From the NCBI GenBank assembly GCA_965205485.1, contig OZ242180.1:1312001-1376000 (forward strand): DNA of 64,000 nt, written 5' to 3'. Origin of the DNA: Candidatus Latescibacterota bacterium (GTDB lineage: Bacteria; Latescibacterota; UBA2968; GCA-2709665). Positions 56,620 to 64,000 of the stretch are shown here, piece after piece. Positions within the stretch are counted from its first letter, which is position 1. The number at the start of each line of letters is the position of its first letter. Below the pieces are notes generated by a model. It searched no databases. It was given only the letters and a program-made list of their open reading frames with translations, and had not been told where the DNA came from. Both the position numbers and the translations under genes were made by a program.

Positions 56620-57185
56620 TCGAACTCATCGACGTTGTTCTGCTGGCTTTCCTGGTCGCCACCGCCGTCGCCGTCGTTCTCATCCGCAACCTGCTCGCCT
56701 CCGTGATCCTGGCCGGAATCTTCAGCCTGCTTTCCGCGGGGCTGTTTACCGTCATGGACGCCGTCGACGTGGCTTTTACCGAGGCCGCCGTGGGAGCGGG
56801 CATTTCCACCGTACTGCTTCTCGGTACCCTCCTGCTGACAACGCGGGTGGAGAGGAAGCCCTCCCGGGTGTCACCGCTTCCCCTTCTCGTGGTCCTGGCG
56901 ACGGGGGCGGTCCTGATCTACGGAACGCTGGACATGCCGCGTTTCGGCGACGCCGGGGCGCCGGTGCATACCCATATCGCGCCTGAATACCTCAAGGATT
57001 CCGTGCCGCACGTCGATGGTTCAGCGCAACGCGTGGACGTTGAGAATATCGTGACTTCCGTCCTTGCCAGCTACAGAGGATACGATACGCTTGGCGAGAC
57101 CACGGTGATCTTTTGCGCGGGCATCGGGGTGTTGCTGCTGCTGAAGGGGTCACGGCCGGGCCGCGACCGGGAGGAAGGGCGGTGA
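56616..57185 (+). CDS. Mrp/Mnh subunit, DUF4040 plus MrpB N-terminal part
   Basis: AVDVAFTEAAVGAG, NIVTSVLASYRGYDTLGE. Confidence 0.88.
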   Translation: MIELIDVVLLAFLVATAVAVVLIRNLLASVILAGIFSLLSAGLFTVMDAVDVAFTEAAVGAGISTVLLLGTLLLTTRVERKPSRVSPLPLLVVLATGAVLIYGTLDMPRFGDAGAPVHTHIAPEYLKDSVPHVDGSAQRVDVENIVTSVLASYRGYDTLGETTVIFCAGIGVLLLLKGSRPGRDREEGR

Positions 57186-57601
57186 AACATCAGATCATAC
57201 CGAGGGTCATCGCCAAGCTGCTCATCCCGCTGATCCTTCTGTTTGCGCTATACGTCCAGTTTCACGGCGATTTCGGGCCCGGAGGGGGGTTCCAGGCTGG
57301 CGTGATCTTCGCGGCTGCGTTCGTGCTCTACACCCTGATCTTCGGTCTGGAAGAGGCGAAGCGTGTGGCCAGGCCCGCCGTCGTGGAAATCGTCATTGCC
57401 CTGGGCCTGCTCCTGTATGCGGTCACCGGGGTCGCGGGGATATTGAAGGGCGGCCGCTACCTGGACTACGGTGTGCTGGGAACGGATCCGGTGGGCGGCC
57501 AGCATCTGGGGATTCTATTGATCGAACTGGGCGTGGGAATCACCGTGGCTTCGGTGATCATCGGGGTCTTCTTCGCCTTTGTCGGCAGGACGAGATCATG
57601 A
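57182..57601 (+). CDS. mrpB: Mrp/Mnh antiporter subunit B
   Basis: GTG 57182; HGDFGPGGGFQAG, IELGVGITV. Confidence 0.92.
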   Translation: MKHQIIPRVIAKLLIPLILLFALYVQFHGDFGPGGGFQAGVIFAAAFVLYTLIFGLEEAKRVARPAVVEIVIALGLLLYAVTGVAGILKGGRYLDYGVLGTDPVGGQHLGILLIELGVGITVASVIIGVFFAFVGRTRS

Positions 57602-57957
57602 CCGCGTTCCCGGGTTTATACAACTACTGGATCGTCATCGTCCTGATGATGATCGGGTTCTACGCGGTGATCGCCAGCGGCAATCTGGTCAAGAAACTGA
57701 TCGGCCTGAATATCTTTCAGACGTCGGTCTTCCTGTTCTACATCAGCCTGGGCAAGGTCTCCGGTGGGAGTGCGCCGATCATCGCGGAGGGAGTGCAGAG
57801 CTATTCGAACCCGCTGCCGCACGTGCTCATTCTCACGGCGATCGTGGTCGGTATCGCCACGACGTCTCTCGGGTTGGCGCTCGTGGTGCGCATACAGGAA
57901 GCCTACGGCACAATAGAAGAACAGGAAATCTACGATCAGGGTGAGGAGACGCCCTGA
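57598..57957 (+). CDS. mrpC: Mrp/Mnh antiporter subunit C
   Basis: NLVKKLIGL, NPLPHVLILTAIVV. Confidence 0.93.
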   Translation: MTAFPGLYNYWIVIVLMMIGFYAVIASGNLVKKLIGLNIFQTSVFLFYISLGKVSGGSAPIIAEGVQSYSNPLPHVLILTAIVVGIATTSLGLALVVRIQEAYGTIEEQEIYDQGEETP

Positions 57958-59474
57958 TGTCCGTCCACCTGCCCGCTTTGCAGATCGTGGTACCCCTCAT
58001 CGCCGCGCCTGTCTGCCTGTTGCTCAGGCGAAGGATGCTGGCCTGGGCCTTCGCCGCGGCTGTCGCATGGACGGCGATGGGGATTGCCGCGCTGCTGCTC
58101 ATAAGGGTCCTGGATTCCGGCACGATCTCATACGCGCTGGGAAGCTGGAGCGCCCCCTGGGGGATCGAGTATCGGATCGATGCGGTCAATGCGTTCGTCT
58201 TGCTCCTGGTGGCTTCCATAGGCGCTATTGTACTCGTTTACGCGCCTCACAGCGCGGCCCGGGAAATCCCGCACGACCGTCACTATCTGTTTTACGCGGC
58301 ATATCTCATGTGCCTGACGGGCCTGCTGGGCATCGCCATTACGGGCGACGCGTTCAACCTGTTCGTCTTCATCGAGATTGCCTCCCTTTCAACCTACGCG
58401 CTGATCAGCCTTGGAAGCGACCGACGCGCCCTGACGGCCGCCTACCAGTACCTGGTGATGGGCACCGTCGGGGCGACATTCATCCTGATCGGCGTGGGGC
58501 TCCTGTATATGGCAACCGGGACCCTGAACATGGCGGACCTCGCGGTCCGTCTGGGCCCGGCCCTGGGCACCCGCACCGTGCTGGCGGCGTTCGCGTTCCT
58601 CAGCGTGGGCCTGTGCCTGAAACTGGCCCTGTTTCCCCTGCACATGTGGCTGCCCAACGCGTATTGTTATGCGCCGTCGATGGTGACGGCCTTTCTTGCG
58701 GCAACGGCGACCAAGGTCTCCATCTATGTCCTCCTCCGGTTCATCTTTACCGTGTTCGGACCCCGATTCGCATTCGATACGATCGGGATCCAGGTCGTGC
58801 TGTTGCCGCTTTCGATCCTGGGAATCTTCGCGGCCTCAACGGTGGCCATCTTTCAGACGAACATCAAGCGTATGCTCGCCTGGTCCAGCGTCGCACAGGT
58901 CGGATACATGATGCTGGGCGTCGGCCTTGTGTCGGTGAGCGGCGCCGGACCGGATATCCGGTTCGGGCCGGGATCGCTGAACGGCCTGACGGCGGGAATC
59001 GTCCACCTCTTCAACCACGCGGTGATGAAGGGCGCGCTGTTCCTTGGCATGGGTTGTGTCGCCCTCCGCGTGGGCTCCGTAAAACTCGACGACATGCACG
59101 GTCTCGGACGCCGCATGCCGGTGACGATGGCCGCCTTTGTACTCGGAGGCCTCAGCCTGATCGGCGTACCGCTCACGGTGGGCTTCATCAGCAAGTGGTA
59201 CCTGGTTCTGGCTGCCCTGGAGAAAGGCTGGTGGCCGGTAGCGGTACTGGTCCTGCTGGGTTCCCTGCTGGCGGTCGTGTACGTATGGCGCGTGGTTGAG
59301 GTCGCCTACTTCCGCAAGCCCCCCACTACGGCCGGCACAGACGAGGCGCCGATGCTGATGCACATCCCGATGTGGGTCCTGATCGCGGCCACCCTCTATT
59401 TCGGGATTTCGACCTCCTTCACGGTTGGCGTTGCCCGGCAGGCCGCCGGATGGCTCATGGGCATCTCGCCATGA
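57957..59474 (+). CDS. mrpD: Mrp/Mnh antiporter subunit D (copy 1)
   Basis: W.APWGIEYRID, TGDAFNLFVFIE, KLALFPLHMWLPNAY, NHAVMKG, GFISKW. Confidence 0.92.
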   Translation: MSVHLPALQIVVPLIAAPVCLLLRRRMLAWAFAAAVAWTAMGIAALLLIRVLDSGTISYALGSWSAPWGIEYRIDAVNAFVLLLVASIGAIVLVYAPHSAAREIPHDRHYLFYAAYLMCLTGLLGIAITGDAFNLFVFIEIASLSTYALISLGSDRRALTAAYQYLVMGTVGATFILIGVGLLYMATGTLNMADLAVRLGPALGTRTVLAAFAFLSVGLCLKLALFPLHMWLPNAYCYAPSMVTAFLAATATKVSIYVLLRFIFTVFGPRFAFDTIGIQVVLLPLSILGIFAASTVAIFQTNIKRMLAWSSVAQVGYMMLGVGLVSVSGAGPDIRFGPGSLNGLTAGIVHLFNHAVMKGALFLGMGCVALRVGSVKLDDMHGLGRRMPVTMAAFVLGGLSLIGVPLTVGFISKWYLVLAALEKGWWPVAVLVLLGSLLAVVYVWRVVEVAYFRKPPTTAGTDEAPMLMHIPMWVLIAATLYFGISTSFTVGVARQAAGWLMGISP

Positions 59475-60937
59475 CCGCTTCGGATGCCACGCTGCTCGCC
59501 GTTGTGCTGCCTCTGCTCGGCGCCCCGCTGATCGGCCTTCTCGGAAACAGGCCCAATCTGCGGGAGACGGCCACGCTGGTCACCGGCGGCGTGCTGTTTT
59601 TCGTGGTACTCTCACTGGTACCGGTGGTCCTTTCGGGTTCGAGACCCGGCATACAGATTCTGGAGGTGATGCCGGGCCTGGCGCTGGCCTTCGAAGTCGA
59701 ACCGCTGGGCATGCTCTTCGGGTTGATCGCCTCCGGACTCTGGATCCTGACGTCTCTGTATTCCATCGGATACATGCGCGGTCATCACGAATCCAACCAG
59801 ACCAGCTTCTACGTCTTCTTCGCGGTGGCCATTTCGGGCGCCCTGGGCGTCGCGTTCGCCCGGAATCTGTTCACGCTGTTTATCTTCTACGAAGTGCTCA
59901 CCCTGTCAACCTATCCGCTGGTCACGCACCATCGGACGGAGGAAGCGCTCCGGTCGGGCAGGATCTACATGGGCATACTGCTCGGTACGTCTGTCGGGCT
60001 GATGCTGCTGGCAGTGGTGTGGACGTGGCAACTGACGGGCACCCTGGAATTCGTACCCGGCGGAATCCTCGCGGGCAAGGCGAGTCCGGCGGTGGTGGGC
60101 GTACTGCTGGCGCTCTACGCGTTCGGGACCGGCAAGGCGGCGCTGATGCCCTTTCACCGCTGGCTGCCCGCGGCGATGGTTGCGCCCACGCCCGTGAGTG
60201 CGCTGCTGCACGCGGTGGCCGTGGTCAAGGCGGGCGTGTTTACGGTGATGAAGATTGTGGTCTACATCTTCGGCATCGACCTGCTCGCGGACACCGGTAT
60301 GAGCCTGTGGCTGGCCTACGTCGCCGCGGCAACCCTGCTGATCGCGTCCCTGGTGGCATTGACCAAAGACAATCTCAAGGCGCGTCTCGCCTATTCCACG
60401 GTCAGCCAGTTGTCCTACGTGGTGCTGGGTGCGGCTCTTGCCAATAGCTGGGGCATTATTGGCGGCTCCATGCATATCGCGATGCACGCCTTCGGAAAGA
60501 TCACGCTGTTCTTCTGCGCCGGCGCAATCATGGTGGCCGCGCACAAAACGGAAATCAGCGACATGGCGGGTATCGGGAAGACGATGCCGGTTACGATGTT
60601 CGCGTTTTTTGTGGGGTCGCTCAGCGTAATCGGCCTGCCCCCGCTCGGCGGTTCGTGGAGCAAGTGGTACCTGGCGCTGGGCGCGGCGGATGCGGACCGG
60701 ATCATCTTCGTGGCCGTATTGCTAATCAGTTCACTCCTGAACGTCGCGTACCTGATGCCGATCGTCGCACGCGCTTTTTTCGCGACACCCGCCACCGTGC
60801 CCGCCGATCCGTCTCCTATCCGGGAAGCCCCGGCGTTCTGCGTGGTACCCCTGTGCCTGACGGCGCTTGGATGTATGGCGCTCTTTTTCTTCGCCGACGA
60901 CATCTACCGGCTTCTGGCGCCCATAGCAGTCCGTTGA
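59471..60937 (+). CDS. mrpD: Mrp/Mnh antiporter subunit D-like (copy 2)
   Basis: FYEVLTLSTYPLVTH, KAALMPFHRWLPAAMVAPTPVSALLHAVAVVK, HAFGK, SKW; start ATG 59471. Confidence 0.88.
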   Translation: MTASDATLLAVVLPLLGAPLIGLLGNRPNLRETATLVTGGVLFFVVLSLVPVVLSGSRPGIQILEVMPGLALAFEVEPLGMLFGLIASGLWILTSLYSIGYMRGHHESNQTSFYVFFAVAISGALGVAFARNLFTLFIFYEVLTLSTYPLVTHHRTEEALRSGRIYMGILLGTSVGLMLLAVVWTWQLTGTLEFVPGGILAGKASPAVVGVLLALYAFGTGKAALMPFHRWLPAAMVAPTPVSALLHAVAVVKAGVFTVMKIVVYIFGIDLLADTGMSLWLAYVAAATLLIASLVALTKDNLKARLAYSTVSQLSYVVLGAALANSWGIIGGSMHIAMHAFGKITLFFCAGAIMVAAHKTEISDMAGIGKTMPVTMFAFFVGSLSVIGLPPLGGSWSKWYLALGAADADRIIFVAVLLISSLLNVAYLMPIVARAFFATPATVPADPSPIREAPAFCVVPLCLTALGCMALFFFADDIYRLLAPIAVR

Positions 60938-61072
60938 TAAAGTCGCTCTGCGGGCGAGGCCGAAGACAAGGCGCACGACCGAATCGAATCGCGTGATTCG
61001 GCGAGGGAGCGCAACGCAGTAATTCGGCCACCAGAGCCGGCCGCAGCCCGGATGGGCCTTTTCAACGGGCTG
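60927..61072 (+). mobile_element. MITE family 1, copy 4 (146 bp), overlapping the 3' end of mrpD copy 2
   Basis: Same TIRs; supplies the last codons and the TGA of the gene. Confidence 0.85.
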
Positions 61073-61098
61073 ATTGCCCATCCCTGACGGAAGAGACC

Positions 61099-61344
61099 AT
61101 GGACGAAAAAAAGAAAAGCCGGCCGGACAAACCGGGCAACTCAAAGAAAATCCACCTGGCGTTATACGCGGTCTGCGTCATTCTGATCGTGGTGGATCTC
61201 GTCATGGCCAGGCACGGCCATTTCACGGCAGAGGCATGGTTGGGCTTTTACGGGTGGTACGGGTTTGCGGCATGTGTGGCGCTCGTTCTGATCGCCAGGG
61301 GACTGCGGGTCGTACTGGGACGCAAGGAAGGCTACTATGATTGA
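61099..61344 (+). CDS. Small two-TM Mrp-associated membrane protein
   Basis: GFYGWYGFAACVALVLIARGLR...RKEGYYD; overlaps the next gene. Confidence 0.78.
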   Translation: MDEKKKSRPDKPGNSKKIHLALYAVCVILIVVDLVMARHGHFTAEAWLGFYGWYGFAACVALVLIARGLRVVLGRKEGYYD

Positions 61345-63025
61345 CCCGTTTCCACCGGCGCTGATCCTGATTGTCGGATCGCTGCTGATACCGGTCCTGC
61401 GGGGGCGCTTGCAATCGGCCTACATGCTGCTGCTCCCGGTTGCAGGGCTTGCCCATCTGATCGGACTGACCCCAGGAGAATACTGGAAGATCGGGGTCTT
61501 CGACTATTCCATGACGCTGGTTCGCATCGACAGGCTCAGCCTGGTCTTCGGCTATGTCTTCCATATTGCCGCCCTGCTGAGCATCGTCTATGCGCTACAC
61601 GTGAAGGACAATACGCAGCACGTCGCGGGCCTGTTCTATGCGGGCAGCGCCGTCGGCGCCCTCTTCGCGGGCGATCTGATCACCCTGTTTGTCTTCTGGG
61701 AACTGACGGCGATATCTTCCGTATTCCTGATCTGGAGCCGCCGGACCGACCGCGCCTACGCCGCCGGAATGCGCTACCTGATCGTGCAGGTCTGCTCGGG
61801 CATGATTCTGCTGGCGGGCATTCTTGTTCATCTTCGCGAGACCGGATCGATCGCATTTGCAGAGTTGGGGCTGAACGGCCTGGGCACGACGCTCGTCTTC
61901 ATTGCTTTTGGGATCAAATGCGCGTTTCCCCTGCTCCACAACTGGCTGTCGGACGCCTATCCGGAGGCGACGGTAACCGGGACCGTGTTCCTGAGCGCTT
62001 TCACAACCAAGCTGGCGGTCTACGCGCTTGCCCGGGGCTTTCCCGGTACCGAGATCCTGATCCCGATCGGCGCCGCGATGACCCTGTTTCCCATGTTTTA
62101 CGCGATCCTCGAGAATGACCTCAGACGGGTGCTGGCCTACAGCCTGAACATCCAGTTGGGATTTATGGTTGTCGGTATAGGAATCGGGACCCAGATGTCC
62201 CTGAACGGAACGGCCGCCCACGCAGCCACCCACGTCATTTACAAAGCCTTGCTGTTTATGTCGATGGGCGCGGTGCTCTATCGTACGGGTACGGCCAGGG
62301 CTTCGGAACTGGGCGGGCTCTACAGGTCCATGCCTCTGACGGCGGTTTTCTGCATCATCGGCGCGGCGTCGATTTCGGCCGTTCCCTTCTTCAACGGTTT
62401 CGTCAGCAAGTCATTTATCCTCGGTGCCGTGGCCAATGGACACTACGTCCTGACCTGGCTGGCGTTGTTGTTCGCTTCGGCGGGCGTGTTGCTCTATACG
62501 GGCATCAGGGTCCCCTACCTTGCCTTCTTCTCGGAGGATTCGGGGATCCGCTGCAGGGAGGCGCCTCTGAACATGCGTGTCGCCATGGGTGCGGCAGCCG
62601 GCCTGTGCGTACTGATTGGCATCTTTCCGAAACCACTCTACGCTGTCTTACCGTTTGCCATAGATTACGAACCCTATACGGCGGAACACCTGGTTACCCA
62701 GTACCAACTGTTGTTCTTCTCAGCGCTGGCCTTCGTCGTGATGAAGCGGACCGGCGTCTATCCGTCCGTATTGCGGTCCGTAAACCTGGACACGGACTGG
62801 GTGTATCGACGGCTGCTGCCCGGTATCGTCGGGGCTGTGGCGCGGGTGGGTGGTTCCGCCGGAAGTTCGATCCTGAAGAGCGGGAAGGCGCTGGTCGCGG
62901 AGGCCGCTTCAGGATGCCGTCAATACCACGGTCCCCAGGGCATTCTGGGTCGAAGCTGGACGACGGGTACTGCCGTGTTGGTCGTGACCATCTCGCTGGC
63001 CGCGTTCCTGATCTTCTGCTTCTGA
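61337..63025 (+). CDS. Mrp/Mnh subunit D/A-like (copy 3) with a C-terminal lateral-helix-like extension
   Basis: FWELTAISS, KCAFPLLHNWLSDAYPEA, TTKLAVY, HVIYKALLF, GFVSK; tail LDTDWVYRR... ending in a terminal TM helix. Confidence 0.88.
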   Translation: MIDPFPPALILIVGSLLIPVLRGRLQSAYMLLLPVAGLAHLIGLTPGEYWKIGVFDYSMTLVRIDRLSLVFGYVFHIAALLSIVYALHVKDNTQHVAGLFYAGSAVGALFAGDLITLFVFWELTAISSVFLIWSRRTDRAYAAGMRYLIVQVCSGMILLAGILVHLRETGSIAFAELGLNGLGTTLVFIAFGIKCAFPLLHNWLSDAYPEATVTGTVFLSAFTTKLAVYALARGFPGTEILIPIGAAMTLFPMFYAILENDLRRVLAYSLNIQLGFMVVGIGIGTQMSLNGTAAHAATHVIYKALLFMSMGAVLYRTGTARASELGGLYRSMPLTAVFCIIGAASISAVPFFNGFVSKSFILGAVANGHYVLTWLALLFASAGVLLYTGIRVPYLAFFSEDSGIRCREAPLNMRVAMGAAAGLCVLIGIFPKPLYAVLPFAIDYEPYTAEHLVTQYQLLFFSALAFVVMKRTGVYPSVLRSVNLDTDWVYRRLLPGIVGAVARVGGSAGSSILKSGKALVAEAASGCRQYHGPQGILGRSWTTGTAVLVVTISLAAFLIFCF

Positions 63026-63214
63026 TGTCCCGGAACGTACAATCTTATTTTAGTGACGTAAAAACAGTCATTTAAGAACGTATTCCGTACCGAAGGTCGC
63101 CGGCCTCAGCCCGCAAATACGTGCCTGCGCGCCAATTTCGAACTTTAGGCTTGACTTTTCTATCGCATCCCCGTTAATTAATGCCGCTAATAATTCTCAA
63201 CGAGGACTACCGCG

Positions 63215-64000
63215 TTGCCTGACGTGAACTGGATTGTACTCGTTCCCTCGCTGATTGTCGCAGCAAGTGCGTTGCTGATCCTGTGCATCGACATTGTCCG
63301 ACCGGCAAATCGGGGTGTTGGAGCCGCATACGCGGCCATCATCGGAACGGGCCTGGCGGCGGTCGCCTGCGCGGGTCTCTGGGGGCGGTCCGAGCAGGCC
63401 TTCGGCGGGATGCTCGCGCTGGACAACTTCGCGCTCTTTTCCAACATCATATTTACGGTCGGCACGGCGCTGACCATTTTTGTCTCCACGGGGTACCTGA
63501 GGCGGGAAGAAAGCAGCCGCAGCGAGTACTATCTGCTGCTGCTGACGGCCACCCTGGGGATGATGCTGATGGCCGCGGGGACGGACCTTATCGTGATCTT
63601 CCTGGGGTTGGAGCTGATGTCGCTGTCGCTCTATATCCTGGTTGGATTCCTCAGCTCGCGTTCCGTCTCCAACGAAGCCTCTCTGAAATATCTGCTGCTT
63701 GGCGCTTTTGCGACCGGTTTCCTGTTATACGGGATTGCCCTGATTTACGGATCGACAGGTTCCACCAGCCTCCAGCAGGTTGGCGCAATGCTTCTGCGGC
63801 GCGTTGACGGAGGCGGGTTGATGTTGTATGCCGGCATGGTATTGCTGGTTGTGGGCTTCGCATTCAAAGTGGCGGCGGTTCCGTTCCATATGTGGGCGCC
63901 TGACGTCTACGAAGGCGCGCCCGCGTCGGTTACCGCCTTTCTCTCGGCCGGTCCCAAGGCGGCAGCCTTTGTCGCGTTCCTGCGCGTGCTGATGGTATCT
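63215..64000 (+). CDS. nuoN: NADH-quinone oxidoreductase subunit N, 5' part (runs off the window; absent from the ORF track)
   Basis: GAGGA SD then TTG 63215; SEYYLLLLTATLGMM, DLIVIFLGLELMSLSLYIL, EASLKYLLLGAF, FKVAAVPFHMWAPDVYEGAP. Confidence 0.93.
   Translation, partial: MPDVNWIVLVPSLIVAASALLILCIDIVRPANRGVGAAYAAIIGTGLAAVACAGLWGRSEQAFGGMLALDNFALFSNIIFTVGTALTIFVSTGYLRREESSRSEYYLLLLTATLGMMLMAAGTDLIVIFLGLELMSLSLYILVGFLSSRSVSNEASLKYLLLGAFATGFLLYGIALIYGSTGSTSLQQVGAMLLRRVDGGGLMLYAGMVLLVVGFAFKVAAVPFHMWAPDVYEGAPASVTAFLSAGPKAAAFVAFLRVLMVS

Noticed and set aside
63181..63222. ATG 63181 as the nuoN start or a leader peptide
   Set aside because: It stops after 13 codons in a different frame; nuoN reads from TTG 63215 behind a GAGGA SD.

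Overview
GC-rich bacterial window. The gene content suggests a marine, probably sponge-associated, diderm bacterium; this is inferred from a SupA-type PKS, PhyH, heparinase-II/III and Na+ transport genes. In order the window holds: the 3' end of an NAD-dependent epimerase/dehydratase; an RND efflux operon (-); a Na+/solute symporter; a heparinase II/III-like lyase; a small AT-rich islet (RDD protein plus a gene frameshifted by a 38-bp patchwork duplication); hemB; trpS behind an unannotated Trp-Trp-Trp leader-peptide attenuator; an ADP-ribosylglycohydrolase; a frameshifted TonB-dependent receptor; and a triple-DUF4377 lipoprotein. Next is a 3421-aa type I PKS (KS-AT-DH-MT-ER-KR-ACP-KS-AT*, the SupA architecture). 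Near it are a free ACP, an alpha/beta hydrolase, an NCS2 permease fused to a degenerate anti-sigma-kinase-like domain, and a STAS anti-anti-sigma protein. The last 20 kb is a respiratory locus: complex I genes nuoA-CD-E-F-G-H-J-K-L-M, with no nuoB or nuoI and an atypical NuoF, then a complete 10-gene Mrp/Mnh Na+/H+ antiporter block with three MrpD/A-like subunits, then nuoN (truncated by the window end). Two MITE families (4 copies, and 2 copies plus a short relative) and several short repeats sit at gene boundaries. I saw no rRNA, tRNA, CRISPR array or transposase. All calls come from reading motifs by eye; no database searches were run.
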